Notes: generated from the letters alone by a model not told the origin. 64,000 nucleotides of DNA from Nitrospinaceae bacterium (GCA_965223665.1 OZ245011.1:4064001-4128000); one strand, 5' to 3'; positions 41,957 through 52,514 are shown, numbered from the stretch's first letter. Numbers and translations: made by a program.

Positions 41957-42217
41957 ATGTTTAAGAAAATTCATTTAAGAGTAACTAGTGTATTAATGGC
42001 TTTATTTTTATTTTCCGGATTTGGATTCATAACTCCAACAGTTGATGCTGATTTCGGCCTGAAAAATGACCCAACCATTGGAGAAATTATAGATAATGGA
42101 CTATTTGAAGATGATGGTTCTGAACATGGTATGTGGAACCAATATGGAAAAAATAATATCTCCATTTTCCCAGCTCCCGATGAAGAAGTAGAAGATGATG
42201 GAACCGAATGGGATTAA
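41957..42217 (+). CDS. small secreted acidic protein (86 aa)
   Basis: AAGGAGG RBS, Sec-type signal ending VDA, D/E-rich mature part with repeated EDDG(S/T)E. Confidence 0.75.
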   Translation: MFKKIHLRVTSVLMALFLFSGFGFITPTVDADFGLKNDPTIGEIIDNGLFEDDGSEHGMWNQYGKNNISIFPAPDEEVEDDGTEWD

Positions 42218-42380
42218 TAATCCATTAACAATCCTTAAAAAAGAAGTTTGTTTGTCTATTCCATGATGTTATGGAAAATGAAGAAACTTAAAAAGAAATT
42301 TGGAGTGAGATTTGATGGGAATTCTGAAGGATATATAAAATGATAGAAGTAAGTTTTAATTCAGTTTTACTCTTATTATA

Positions 42381-42412
42381 AAAAGGGTTACGGAAATTTC
42401 CGTAACCCTTTT
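42381..42412. terminator. intrinsic terminator-like perfect hairpin
   Basis: aaaagggttacggaa-at-ttccgtaaccctttt. Confidence 0.8.
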
Positions 42413-42783
42413 CGATTGTTTATTGGTTTTGACATGTTTAGCTTATCAAAATGTTTTAACTCAAAATAATTAAGGGGTTGTTTTTATATGATTGTAATCT
42501 TTCAGTTTTTTCCTTAAAGGCAGCCTTTTTTAAATTTCGGATATTAAAACAAGTTACTGAAATATATAGAAATTTGGCTTTTTTTACTCATAAAACCGTT
42601 GGTAGAATTTTTGTAATTTATTATTAGTCACTGATTCTTCTGTTTCTTTTTTTCACTCGTTTTATAATAGAGATTAGGGAGAATCCTCATCGGTTTCTTT
42701 TTCATCTAAATATTTAGATGTCAAAAGGGTTTTTTGAGGGAGGGGGATCTTTTAATGGTTGTATAGTTTTTGAGGTATATGTT

Positions 42784-43914
42784 ATGAAACGCCCTTCTGC
42801 CCTAGGAATAAAAAAAGTTCATTCCGTCGAATTTATTGTTGATTTTTTTGACCGTAGTTTTTCTTTTTATTCAGAGAAATTAGGATTTATAAACACCCAT
42901 CGATCCACTCCTGAATGGGAAGACAAGTTTAAAAGTAAAGCCTATTATTTTGTTGCAGGTGATATCAAAATAATGATATCAACCCCATTATCCAATAACA
43001 GTTATACCGCTCAGTATTTAAAAATTTTATGCCCTGGAATTCGTAAAGTAACGTTTCTTGTAGAAAATTTAGACCAGGCTAAAGACTACCTTCAATCTCA
43101 CAATGCCACCTTTATTCACCCGGAATTCAAAATGGTATCTTCTAGTTCTTGCCATCGGTTTTTTACAATTGCCTCACCCATAGGATTTCTTGAGTTTACT
43201 TTTCTTGAAATTGAGGGGAATGAATTAGACATCCCGTTATTTGAAAAATTGGAATTTTCATCTTTATCACAATCCCCATTTATTAATATTGACCATATGA
43301 CTATAAATGCCCGTACGATATATCCAATTTATAATTTTTTTGAACATGTAATGGGTTTTGTAAAGTTTTGGGATGTATCATTCCACACCCCCGATTTCCA
43401 ATCTGGGAAAAAAGGAACGGGATTATCATCTCAAGTTATGTATGACCCATGTTCCGGTGTTAAGTTTGCATCTAATGAACCTTTATATCCTCATTTTAAT
43501 GATTCGCAGATTCAAACTTTTGTAGAAAAAAACCATGGTGCGGGTATTCAGCATATTGCCCTCTCTGTGGAAGATATTTTGGAAACAGTTGATGTGATGA
43601 GATCACAAGGAATTGAATTTTTAGATACTCCTGATGAATATTATGAATTGCTGCCTAAAAAGCTTGAGGAACAAAATATTAGAAACTTAAAAGAAAATAT
43701 TGAAGATTTAAAGAAGCGAAAAATTCTAGTGGATGGTAAAAATAACCATTATCTTCTTCAAATTTTTTTAAAGGATGCCTCTATGCTTTACCATGAGGAA
43801 AATGCGGGTCCCTTCTTTTTTGAAATTATTCAAAGAAAGGGACATCCCGGATTTGGGGAAGGAAACTTTAGGGCTTTGTTTGAAGCTATAGAGCTTCAGG
43901 AATCAGGACAATGA
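42784..43914 (+). CDS. hppD: 4-hydroxyphenylpyruvate dioxygenase
   Basis: IDH, NEP, SQI..F...HGAGIQHIA, LLQIF, FFEIIQRKG..GFGEGNF.ALF; start placed at ATG 42784 behind GAGG. Confidence 0.93.
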   Translation: MKRPSALGIKKVHSVEFIVDFFDRSFSFYSEKLGFINTHRSTPEWEDKFKSKAYYFVAGDIKIMISTPLSNNSYTAQYLKILCPGIRKVTFLVENLDQAKDYLQSHNATFIHPEFKMVSSSSCHRFFTIASPIGFLEFTFLEIEGNELDIPLFEKLEFSSLSQSPFINIDHMTINARTIYPIYNFFEHVMGFVKFWDVSFHTPDFQSGKKGTGLSSQVMYDPCSGVKFASNEPLYPHFNDSQIQTFVEKNHGAGIQHIALSVEDILETVDVMRSQGIEFLDTPDEYYELLPKKLEEQNIRNLKENIEDLKKRKILVDGKNNHYLLQIFLKDASMLYHEENAGPFFFEIIQRKGHPGFGEGNFRALFEAIELQESGQ

Positions 43915-44759
43915 AACTATTAAGATTTTCTACAGATTTAGAACAAGGGCATGGATTATTGATCAACAAAAATATTTATCCTTTGATTCAATTGACCACT
44001 ACGGAAGCTTTAACTAAGTTGAAAAAAAACGATAGTTTGTGGAATAAAATTTTAAAACAAAATCCTATTCCTCTATCTGGGGTTACTCTATTACCCCCGG
44101 TGGAAAATCCGGGAGCTTTTTTAGATTTTTACACTTTTGAAGATCACGTTCAAACATGTCGTCAACTCAAAGGGTTGGAAATGATTTCTGAGTGGTATGA
44201 ATTTCCAGTTTGGTATAACGGTTCTCCACGATGTTTTAGCGGAAATGGTTCAAAAGTTGTTTTTCCCAACGAGGAAAACAAAAAAGATTATGAGCTGGAA
44301 CTGGCAGTAGTCATAAAAAAACCATGTCACCAGGTTAAAGTTGAGGAGGCTAAAGAATATATCGGTGCATATACTATTGTGAATGATTTTAGTGCACGTG
44401 AAATGCAAGCCAAAATTATGAAGATTGGGTTGGGACCTGCAAAAGCGAAAGACTTTAATACCGGGATAGGCCCTTGGATGGTAACCCCGGATGAAATAGG
44501 AGATCCGCGAAATCTTACCATGAAAGCCTGGGTGAATGAGATTTTATGGTCTGAAGGAAATAGTGGTTCTTCTCAATTTACTTTTGAAGAAATGATTGCA
44601 TTTTCCTCACAAGATCAAACTCTTTTTCCTGGAGATATTTTGGCAAGTGGTACGGTTGGTACTGGATGCGGTTTAGAATTGGGGCGTTTTCTTAAATTCG
44701 GAGATAAAGTGGAACTAGAAATTGAAAATATAGGAAGATTAACTCATTGGGTGTCTTAA
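43911..44759 (+). CDS. fumarylacetoacetate hydrolase family protein
   Basis: DFY.FE.H, DYELELAVVI, NDFSAR..Q, KAKDF, PGDILASGT. Confidence 0.9.
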   Translation: MKLLRFSTDLEQGHGLLINKNIYPLIQLTTTEALTKLKKNDSLWNKILKQNPIPLSGVTLLPPVENPGAFLDFYTFEDHVQTCRQLKGLEMISEWYEFPVWYNGSPRCFSGNGSKVVFPNEENKKDYELELAVVIKKPCHQVKVEEAKEYIGAYTIVNDFSAREMQAKIMKIGLGPAKAKDFNTGIGPWMVTPDEIGDPRNLTMKAWVNEILWSEGNSGSSQFTFEEMIAFSSQDQTLFPGDILASGTVGTGCGLELGRFLKFGDKVELEIENIGRLTHWVS

Positions 44760-44762
44760 GCG

Positions 44763-45923
44763 ATGTTTAAGTATTTAAAGTTTGGAAATGTACCTTCCCT
44801 GCATCATACCGCCCATTATGTAGAGGGTCATTTGATGAATGAGTACTGTTTCACCAGAAAAGGATTTGAGGACCCTTACTCAATTCTTTACCTTTTCCAT
44901 CCCCCTACAAGTGAAGTTGAAACCGATCTTCAACAAGTAGTTAAGTGGGGAAACCCAGATGCAAATATTCGATCCCCATTACAAAGAAAACATTTTCGAA
45001 GCAAAATAGCCTCTTTTAAAGGAAACTTTATTTTAGGAAGAACTCTATTAGCATTTAATGAAGATTTAACATACGGAGTTTGTCATCCCCAGAATTCAGA
45101 TTCGACATTTTTTGCGAATAATGACGCGGACGAATTATTTTTTTTAAGTGAGGGAACAATAGAATTTCAATCTCTATTTGGAAAACTTTCTTTAATCCCA
45201 GGGGATTATTTAATTATTCCTCGATCTTGTCCTTATCGATTGAAATTTAAGGAATCTCCTAGGTTATTATTTGTAGAGGGGAAAAAGGGGCTCTCAATTC
45301 CTTCCACGTTTATTAATGATCAAGGTCAATTTAATATGGACGCTCCCTATTCAGAGAGAAGTTTTAAAACCCCCGAATGGGACGATAAGCTATTTAACAG
45401 TGATGAACCCGCTTCAATTATTCGTAAAAGGCAGGGTGTTTTCACTAAAACCCATTACGCTGAAAATTATTTTAAAATTTCTGGATGGGATGGTTACGTA
45501 TTCCCGTTTGCGATAAATCTAAAAAATATTCAACCTAAAACAGGCCGAGTTCATTTGCCCCCTACCTCTCATTTAACTTTTTCCGGGGAAGGTTTTGCGG
45601 TGATGAGTTTTCTCCCGCGACTCCTGGATTTTGACCCACAGGCGGTTCCATGCCCTTTTTATCATTCTTCGGTAGACTGTGATGAGTTGTTATTTTACCA
45701 ATCAGGAGATTTTACTAGCCGCAAAGGTATTGAAAAAGGATCAATCAGTTTTCATCCATCAGGCATTCCGCATGGACCTCATCCGGGAGCTTATAAAAAC
45801 TCTATTGGCTTAAAGCAAACAAATGAACAAGCGGTAATGGTCGATACTTTTAGTCCTTTAAAATTAACCGTAGAAAGTGGGGCATTCGAAGATCCCGACT
45901 ATCCAAAAAGTTGGCAGGAGTAA
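44763..45923 (+). CDS. hmgA: homogentisate 1,2-dioxygenase
   Basis: GWDG..FP, G.VHLPP..H.TF, PFYHS.VDCDE.LFY..GDF.SR, HP.GIPHGPHPG. Confidence 0.92.
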   Translation: MFKYLKFGNVPSLHHTAHYVEGHLMNEYCFTRKGFEDPYSILYLFHPPTSEVETDLQQVVKWGNPDANIRSPLQRKHFRSKIASFKGNFILGRTLLAFNEDLTYGVCHPQNSDSTFFANNDADELFFLSEGTIEFQSLFGKLSLIPGDYLIIPRSCPYRLKFKESPRLLFVEGKKGLSIPSTFINDQGQFNMDAPYSERSFKTPEWDDKLFNSDEPASIIRKRQGVFTKTHYAENYFKISGWDGYVFPFAINLKNIQPKTGRVHLPPTSHLTFSGEGFAVMSFLPRLLDFDPQAVPCPFYHSSVDCDELLFYQSGDFTSRKGIEKGSISFHPSGIPHGPHPGAYKNSIGLKQTNEQAVMVDTFSPLKLTVESGAFEDPDYPKSWQE

Positions 45924-45928
45924 ATTCA

Positions 45929-46573
45929 ATGAGCTTAAATAAACAATTTAATAAGATACAACCTGCTGATCATTTTTGGGTGGAGATTTATCATTTAATG
46001 AACTCAATAGTACAACCACGACCGATTGCTTGGATATCCAGTATTTCATCGGGGGGAAATGTGAACTTAGCGCCGTTTAGTTATTTTAATATTTGTTCCA
46101 TGAATCCGCCGATCATTTCAAACTCTATTTTTTTTAATCGAGATGGATCAGAAAAAGATACTTTGAAAAATATAAGGGCCACAAAAGAATATGTAGTAGG
46201 TGCTGTCAATTTTGAGGCATCTGAAAAAGCTAATCAAAGTTCGGCTCCTTTTGATTCTAATATTAATGAATTTGAAGAATCAGGGGCTACGGCGGTAAAT
46301 CGAGGACCCAATGAACCTCCCTTTATTGCGGAAAGCCCCGTTCAATTAGTTTGCGAATTATTTAAGATAGTTACCCTAGGGGAAGGCGCCGGGGTTGGTA
46401 ATTTGGTTTTAGGTCAAGTTAAAGAAATCCATCTTTCCCATTCACTTTCAGATATAGATTGGAAAAAAGGAATCCCTCCCGAAAAAATGGACAACGTGGG
46501 CCGAATGGGAGCAGATTATTATACACGTACCCGGGATGTCTATCGGATGCCTAGAGCATCGGTTAAAAAATAA
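45929..46573 (+). CDS. flavin reductase-like (split-barrel) family protein
   Basis: PRPIAWISS, NLAPFSYFN, KDTLKNI, ESP...CE, GRMG...Y; start placed at ATG 45929. Confidence 0.88.
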   Translation: MSLNKQFNKIQPADHFWVEIYHLMNSIVQPRPIAWISSISSGGNVNLAPFSYFNICSMNPPIISNSIFFNRDGSEKDTLKNIRATKEYVVGAVNFEASEKANQSSAPFDSNINEFEESGATAVNRGPNEPPFIAESPVQLVCELFKIVTLGEGAGVGNLVLGQVKEIHLSHSLSDIDWKKGIPPEKMDNVGRMGADYYTRTRDVYRMPRASVKK

Positions 46574-46588
46574 ACCTGGAATAAAGTT

Positions 46589-47758
46589 ATGGAAAAGGAT
46601 TCTTTTATTTACGGTGCGTTAAGAACCCCCATCGGATCATTTAACGGGAAATTATCAGCTATCCCTGCTACCGGATTAGCTTCCGCTATAATACCTGCCG
46701 TTCTGCAACAGGCAGGGGTAAATTCCGATGAAATTGAAGAAGTTTTAATTGGAAATGTTATATCTGCAGGGATTGGGCAAGCCCCAGCACGACAGGCCGC
46801 TTTGCAAGCTGATCTTCCTGAGAGTATTCCAGCGACGACTGTTAATAAAATTTGTGGTTCAGGAATGAAAACAGTCATGATGGCTGATCAAACTATTAGA
46901 TTGAATCAGGCAAAAATTATTTTAACCGGTGGCATGGAAAGTATGAGCCAGGCACCTTTTCTTCTTCCTAAAATGCGCCAAGGTTATAAGTTAGGTAACA
47001 AAGAAATGATTGACAGTCTGCTTCACGATGGTTTGCAAGATGCCCAACAAAATAGTTATATGGGTGAATTGAGTGAAAAGCTTGCGCAGGATTACTGTAT
47101 TTCAAGGGAAAGTCAGGATGCTTATGCTATGACTAGCTATTTGAGGGCTCGTGAAGCTCAAGATAACGGAATATTTGGGAATGAAATAGAACCGATTACT
47201 GTGAACATAAAAGGGAAACCATTTTTAGTAGAACAGGATGAACAACCTTACGCAGATGAAATAGAAAAATTGGCATTTTTATCTCCGGCCTTTGATCGTT
47301 ATGGAGGAACTATTACAAAAGGGAATGGGGCCAAGATAAGCGACGGCGCAGCTATTTTAGTTGTTGGAGGGGAATCGGAAAATTTAAAACCTATAGCTCG
47401 AATTGTAGGTTATACAACTCACGCTCAATCCCCGGAGACATTTCCATTGGCCCCCATAGGGGCAATCCAAAAAGTCTTGAAAATTTGCGGTTTAAAAATT
47501 CAAGATATTGATCTATTTGAAATCAATGAAGCATTTGCCGCAATGTCCTTAATTATTAATCAAAAACTGGATTTGGATTCAGAAAAGGTGAATGTTCTTG
47601 GGGGATCAATTGCCCTTGGGCATCCAATAGGTTGTACGGGTGCCCGCATATTAGTGACCTTGATAAATGCTTTAAAGGTAAAAGGCTTAAGAAAAGGTTT
47701 GGCTAGTTTATGTATTGGGGGAGGAGAGGCTACAGCCATGGTTATCGAAATGGTTTGA
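46589..47758 (+). CDS. acetyl-CoA C-acetyltransferase (thiolase)
   Basis: NKICGSGMK, EINEAFA, LGHPIGCTG, LCIGGG. Confidence 0.95.
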   Translation: MEKDSFIYGALRTPIGSFNGKLSAIPATGLASAIIPAVLQQAGVNSDEIEEVLIGNVISAGIGQAPARQAALQADLPESIPATTVNKICGSGMKTVMMADQTIRLNQAKIILTGGMESMSQAPFLLPKMRQGYKLGNKEMIDSLLHDGLQDAQQNSYMGELSEKLAQDYCISRESQDAYAMTSYLRAREAQDNGIFGNEIEPITVNIKGKPFLVEQDEQPYADEIEKLAFLSPAFDRYGGTITKGNGAKISDGAAILVVGGESENLKPIARIVGYTTHAQSPETFPLAPIGAIQKVLKICGLKIQDIDLFEINEAFAAMSLIINQKLDLDSEKVNVLGGSIALGHPIGCTGARILVTLINALKVKGLRKGLASLCIGGGEATAMVIEMV

Positions 47759-47783
47759 TATGGAAATTTAAGAGGTTTTTTCC

Positions 47784-49754
47784 ATGAGTGAAATTCTGTG
47801 GAAACCTGATCAAGAGCGTATTCAAAATTCCAGGATGTTCCAGTTTTTGCGAGCTGTGAATGATTCCTTTTCTCTCAATTTCACAACTTATTCCGAGTTG
47901 CATCAATGGTCGATTCAGGAACTTGAAACATTCTGGGAATTTTATCGCGAATATTCCGATATTATTTTTAATCAGCCTCCGAGTGAAATCTTGTCCTCCC
48001 GGATTATGCCTGGTGCACGTTGGTTTTCAGATGCGAAATTGAATTATGCAGAAAACTTATTAAAAGAAGATTCAGAAAAACCTGCCATTTTAAGCAAACT
48101 CGAAGGCCAACCTTTAATATCTATTTCTTATTCAGAGCTAAATTTCAAGGCGCGTCAATTTGCAATTGCTTTGTTGGAACTTGGAATTAAACCTGGAGAC
48201 CGAGTTGCCGGTTATCTTCCTAATATACCGGAAACCGTTGTGGCCATGTTGGGAACTACGGCAATTGGAGCCGTTTGGACATCCTGCTCCCCTGATTTTG
48301 GATTGCAGGGGATTAGAGATCGCTTCGGGCAGATAGAACCCTCAGTCCTCATTGCCACAGATGGTTATACTTATAATGGAAAGCCTTTTTCTGTTATTAG
48401 TACTCTAAATGCTTTATTACCTCGCTTGAAAAATTTAAAACATTTTGTTTTGATTCCTTTTTTGGATATTTCTGTTGAAAAAAATAAGATTGATTTTTGT
48501 AAAACCTCCACCTGGGATGAATTTTGCCGAGTAAGCTCGAAAAAGAAATTTCAATTTCATTCCGTTCCATTCAATCATCCTTTATTCATTATGTATTCGT
48601 CCGGAACAACCGGAATGCCAAAATGTATTGTACACGGAACTGGTGGAACACTTTTACAGCACAATAAGGAGCATGCTCTTCATACGGACATTGGGCCTGA
48701 AGACGTAGTCTTCTTCTATACCACCTGTGGATGGATGATGTGGAATTGGTTGGTTTCTGCATTGGCCCAAAAAGCAACCATTGTCCTATACGAAGGGTCT
48801 CCGGGCTTTCCAAATATTAAAGTGCTCTGGGATTTAATTGATGAAGCAAATATAAGTATATTTGGGACCAGTCCAAAGTTCTTAGCGCAAAATATCAAAA
48901 ACAAATTTTTGCCTTCTCAGTATTCCAATTTTCCCACACTTCGAACTATTTTATCGACTGGTTCGCCACTAGATAATGAAAGTTTCGAATGGGTATATAA
49001 AAATGTGAAGGAAGAATTACAACTGTCTTCCATTTGTGGTGGCACGGATATAATTTCCTGCTTTATGTTAGGAAATCCTATGCTGCCGGTTATCAAAGGA
49101 GAAATTCAATGTTTGGGATTAGGGATGGATGTTACTTCCCTGGACGAATATGGGCAACCCATAATAAATAAAAAAGGAGAATTGGCTTGCCAATCTCCTG
49201 CTCCTTCAATGCCAGTTGGGTTTTGGAATGATACTCAGGATTTAAAATATTTTGAGGCTTATTTTAATAAAGTTCCTGGTATTTGGATTCATGGTGATTA
49301 TATAGAAATTTTACCTCATGGTGGCATCATTGTTTATGGAAGGAGTGATGCTACTTTAAACCCTGGTGGAATACGTATAGGCACGGCGGAAATTTATCAA
49401 ATCGTTGAACAAATGGAAGAGGTAATGGATAGTTTGGTCATTGGTTTAGATGAAGATAACGACATTTGTGTAATTTTATTTTTAGTATTAAAAACTGGGA
49501 TTGAATTCACTCTTCAGTTCCAACAAAAAGTAAAAAATATTCTTCGTCAAGAGGCGACACCTCGTCATATCCCACAAGAAATTTACTCGGTCCATGAAAT
49601 TCCCAAAACATTGAATGGAAAAAAAATGGAGATGGCGGTTCGAAAAATATTTAATGGAGAATCTATCTCTAATAAAGCTTCAATTGCCAATTTAAAATGC
49701 TTGGATGAATTTAAAGAGATTTGCGAAAAACGTTTGGTTGGAAAAAATGTTTGA
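47784..49754 (+). CDS. acetoacetate-CoA ligase
   Basis: LNYAENLL, SCSPDFG, YSSGTTGMPKCIVH, TTCGWMMWNW, GRSDATLNPGGIRIGTAEIY. Confidence 0.95.
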   Translation: MSEILWKPDQERIQNSRMFQFLRAVNDSFSLNFTTYSELHQWSIQELETFWEFYREYSDIIFNQPPSEILSSRIMPGARWFSDAKLNYAENLLKEDSEKPAILSKLEGQPLISISYSELNFKARQFAIALLELGIKPGDRVAGYLPNIPETVVAMLGTTAIGAVWTSCSPDFGLQGIRDRFGQIEPSVLIATDGYTYNGKPFSVISTLNALLPRLKNLKHFVLIPFLDISVEKNKIDFCKTSTWDEFCRVSSKKKFQFHSVPFNHPLFIMYSSGTTGMPKCIVHGTGGTLLQHNKEHALHTDIGPEDVVFFYTTCGWMMWNWLVSALAQKATIVLYEGSPGFPNIKVLWDLIDEANISIFGTSPKFLAQNIKNKFLPSQYSNFPTLRTILSTGSPLDNESFEWVYKNVKEELQLSSICGGTDIISCFMLGNPMLPVIKGEIQCLGLGMDVTSLDEYGQPIINKKGELACQSPAPSMPVGFWNDTQDLKYFEAYFNKVPGIWIHGDYIEILPHGGIIVYGRSDATLNPGGIRIGTAEIYQIVEQMEEVMDSLVIGLDEDNDICVILFLVLKTGIEFTLQFQQKVKNILRQEATPRHIPQEIYSVHEIPKTLNGKKMEMAVRKIFNGESISNKASIANLKCLDEFKEICEKRLVGKNV

Positions 49755-49774
49755 GACTTTTCTGGAGGCTTATT

Positions 49775-51445
49775 ATGACAACTCAAACAAAAACACAAAC
49801 CTTAGGTGATTATTTATTAGATCGGTTACATGATCTTAAAGTGAGCCATATTTTTGGTGTGCCTGGAGATTTTAGTATCCGATTTTGTCAATTGCTCGAA
49901 AAGGATAAGAAGATTACTTTTGTGGGCACTACTCGAGAAGATACCGCAGGATTTGCAGCAGATGGTTACGCAAGAAGACACGGAGGTTTGGGAGTAGTCC
50001 TAGTCACCCATGGGGTAGGTGCTCTAAGTATTGTTAATCCAATTGCGGGTGCTAATGCTGAGTCTTCACCCGTATTAGTAATTAGCGGTGCACCCGGAAT
50101 TAGGGAAAGAAATAATCAATTAATGATTCATCATTCTTTTGGTGATGAGGGTTCCCAAAAAAGAATATTCGAAAATTTTACCTGTTGCTCCAGGTCAATT
50201 AAAAATATTAGTGATGCAGCTTTTCAAATTGAAGAAGTGATCGAAAATGTTTGGCAGAAAAAGAAACCTGGATATCTCGAAATTCCCCGAGACATGATAG
50301 ACAAGGAAATTCAATCCTATGGAAAAGGTGAAAACTCATTTTGCCGATATCCCACCAGTAATACAGAAACTTTAAATGAGGCTCTTGAAGAAACATTATG
50401 TATTCTCAATAAAGCATCCAATCCAGTTTTTTTGGCAGGAGTTGAATTACACAGGTTTGGGCTGCAAAAGGACTTGATTGAATTGATAGAGACCTCTCAG
50501 ATTCCTGCAGCAGCCACCATCATGGGAAAAAGTGTAATTAATGAACACCACCCTCATTATTTGGGGATTTATCAGGGGAGGGTTGGAATTGAATCTACTC
50601 GGAAATTAATTGAAGAGGCTGATGTCCTTGTTACATTGGGAGTGATGTTTACTGATATTAATCTTGGGATGTATACGGCGAACTTTGATACCAGTAGGCT
50701 AGTCCAAGTTAATCAAGGAAAAGTAATCATTAGGCATCATGAATATTCCAATATCATGCTAAAAGATTTTTTGCGAGGTTTGATTAATTTAATAAAACCA
50801 CGGCCAGATAGAAAATTTAATTTAAAAATTAAGGAAAAATCAGAGCCTAAAAAACTGACTATAAAAAAGGAAACAATAAGCTCTTCAAATATTATCCAAT
50901 GTTTAAATAAAAAAATAACTTCTGAAATGGTAGTTGTATGCGATACAGGGGATTGTCTATTTGCGGCTGATGAGTTGCTGGTCCATGATCAAACTGCCTT
51001 TTTTGCTTCAGCTTTTTATACAACTATGGGATTTTCAGTTCCTGCTGCTTTGGGGGTGGCATGTGCTTCACCTGATGTAAGGCCACTGATTTTGGTAGGA
51101 GATGGGGCTTTTCAAATGACAGGTACAGAACTATCAAGTTTTAAAAAAATGAATTTTCATCCCATCGTTATTATTTTTAATAATAAAGGCTATGAAACTG
51201 AACGAGTGATATTAGATGGAGCATTTAATGATATTCCTGATTGGAATTATGGCGAAATTTGCCGACTTGTGGGTTATGGAAAAGGATATAAAGCTAAAAC
51301 CCCTAAAGAATTTGAGCTGATTTTAGACAATGCAATCCAAGAAAAGAATCAAATGCATGTCATCAATGTTTTAGTCAGGGAGTCTTCCCTGGGAATGCGG
51401 CGACTTGCCTCTGAGATAAGTCGCTGCATTCAAAAGTCTGATTAG
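49775..51445 (+). CDS. ThDP-dependent alpha-keto acid decarboxylase (indolepyruvate/phenylpyruvate decarboxylase-like)
   Basis: FGVPGDF, ADGYAR, IHH, GDGAFQMTG...NN; start placed at ATG 49775 behind GGAGG. Confidence 0.88.
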   Translation: MTTQTKTQTLGDYLLDRLHDLKVSHIFGVPGDFSIRFCQLLEKDKKITFVGTTREDTAGFAADGYARRHGGLGVVLVTHGVGALSIVNPIAGANAESSPVLVISGAPGIRERNNQLMIHHSFGDEGSQKRIFENFTCCSRSIKNISDAAFQIEEVIENVWQKKKPGYLEIPRDMIDKEIQSYGKGENSFCRYPTSNTETLNEALEETLCILNKASNPVFLAGVELHRFGLQKDLIELIETSQIPAAATIMGKSVINEHHPHYLGIYQGRVGIESTRKLIEEADVLVTLGVMFTDINLGMYTANFDTSRLVQVNQGKVIIRHHEYSNIMLKDFLRGLINLIKPRPDRKFNLKIKEKSEPKKLTIKKETISSSNIIQCLNKKITSEMVVVCDTGDCLFAADELLVHDQTAFFASAFYTTMGFSVPAALGVACASPDVRPLILVGDGAFQMTGTELSSFKKMNFHPIVIIFNNKGYETERVILDGAFNDIPDWNYGEICRLVGYGKGYKAKTPKEFELILDNAIQEKNQMHVINVLVRESSLGMRRLASEISRCIQKSD

Positions 51446-51475
51446 AAAAAACTTAATGAACTTTTAACTTTAGAC

Positions 51476-52315
51476 CTAAGCACCTATAAAGATAGACTTC
51501 TTGTACCATTCTTCTTGCTGAATTGCCCTTTCATGGTCCAATCCTAACCAAAATATATAGATGGCATCTAAAGCTAATTTCCCGCCATCAATAAATTTCG
51601 TTGGATCAAAATCGGGTTTCGAAAAGGATTCCTTTAATTCTTCCAAAACATTGTCACCATGTCCTTTTTCACTTTCAAAGTGAAACTGGAAAAAGTCTAA
51701 AGGAATGGTTTTCCCATTATCTAAAAGATGATTTTGATTGAAAATTTTTATTCCGGTAATCAGTTCATGCCAGAAGTTATTCGATTCACTTTTTTTCCCT
51801 TCGCCTATGCCCCAGGATGCCCAAGTCTCGATTGCATAACTGGCACCTCGACCAACTTCGCCATTTTTGCTTCCATAGGTTTTCTCTAATCCTTCAATGA
51901 ATTCACGTGTTGAATAGGAAGCGGATTCCCAACTACCTAATTCTTCTGGATTCAAACCTAAGGGTTCTGCGGTTTGACGTAACCAGTTGATATGAGCCCA
52001 GGATGTTTTAAACATTTGATCTTCAGCCGATCCATCAGGAAGAATTTTTACGCCTAGTTCATTAGCTAAAATATAACGGGCATGAGTTTCGGCATCCAAG
52101 TCTTTAGAATTGAGAAGGCGCATCATTTGAACCAGTAAAAACCATTTTGAAAAAACTGCAAATTGCTTAAAAAGATCAATCAACTGAATGCGGGTGAACT
52201 CGCCCTTTTTAAACCATTTGCAATATTCATTGTTTAAGATAACCGGGTGTTCATGAATTTCTTTTTGAATAATTTCCCAAAAGTCGTCAAAGGAAATGTG
52301 TTTATTTATTTTCAT
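51476..52315 (-). CDS. heme-oxygenase-like diiron oxidase (HDO/CADD/TenA fold), function unknown
   Basis: HP near N-term; candidate ligand set ANE, AH.NW, AIE.W, H-x3-E-x2-H (HFESEKGH). Confidence 0.7.
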   Translation of the reverse strand: MKINKHISFDDFWEIIQKEIHEHPVILNNEYCKWFKKGEFTRIQLIDLFKQFAVFSKWFLLVQMMRLLNSKDLDAETHARYILANELGVKILPDGSAEDQMFKTSWAHINWLRQTAEPLGLNPEELGSWESASYSTREFIEGLEKTYGSKNGEVGRGASYAIETWASWGIGEGKKSESNNFWHELITGIKIFNQNHLLDNGKTIPLDFFQFHFESEKGHGDNVLEELKESFSKPDFDPTKFIDGGKLALDAIYIFWLGLDHERAIQQEEWYKKSIFIGA

Positions 52316-52514
52316 AATATTTCTCAGAAAGAAGGTTTAACAGATTAAAAAGCTTACATGGAATTTGGCTCCTGGTTTTTGTTTAATAATTATTAAGGTA
52401 TATATTTATATTCTTACTACCAGATTAACAAAATTGAACCATGCTATGGAAAAAAAGAAAAACAAGAGTTCTCATCTAACCCTTTGAAATAAAATGGTTT
52501 AAATTGAGTTGTGT

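Noticed and set aside
42263-42343. 26-codon basic ORF after the acidic peptide gene
   Set aside because: Very short, no RBS, no support
41565-42412. Hairpins as integron attC sites or a CRISPR array
   Set aside because: Too short, no RYYYAAC/GTTRRRY ends, only two copies about 800 bp apart, no intI or cas genes
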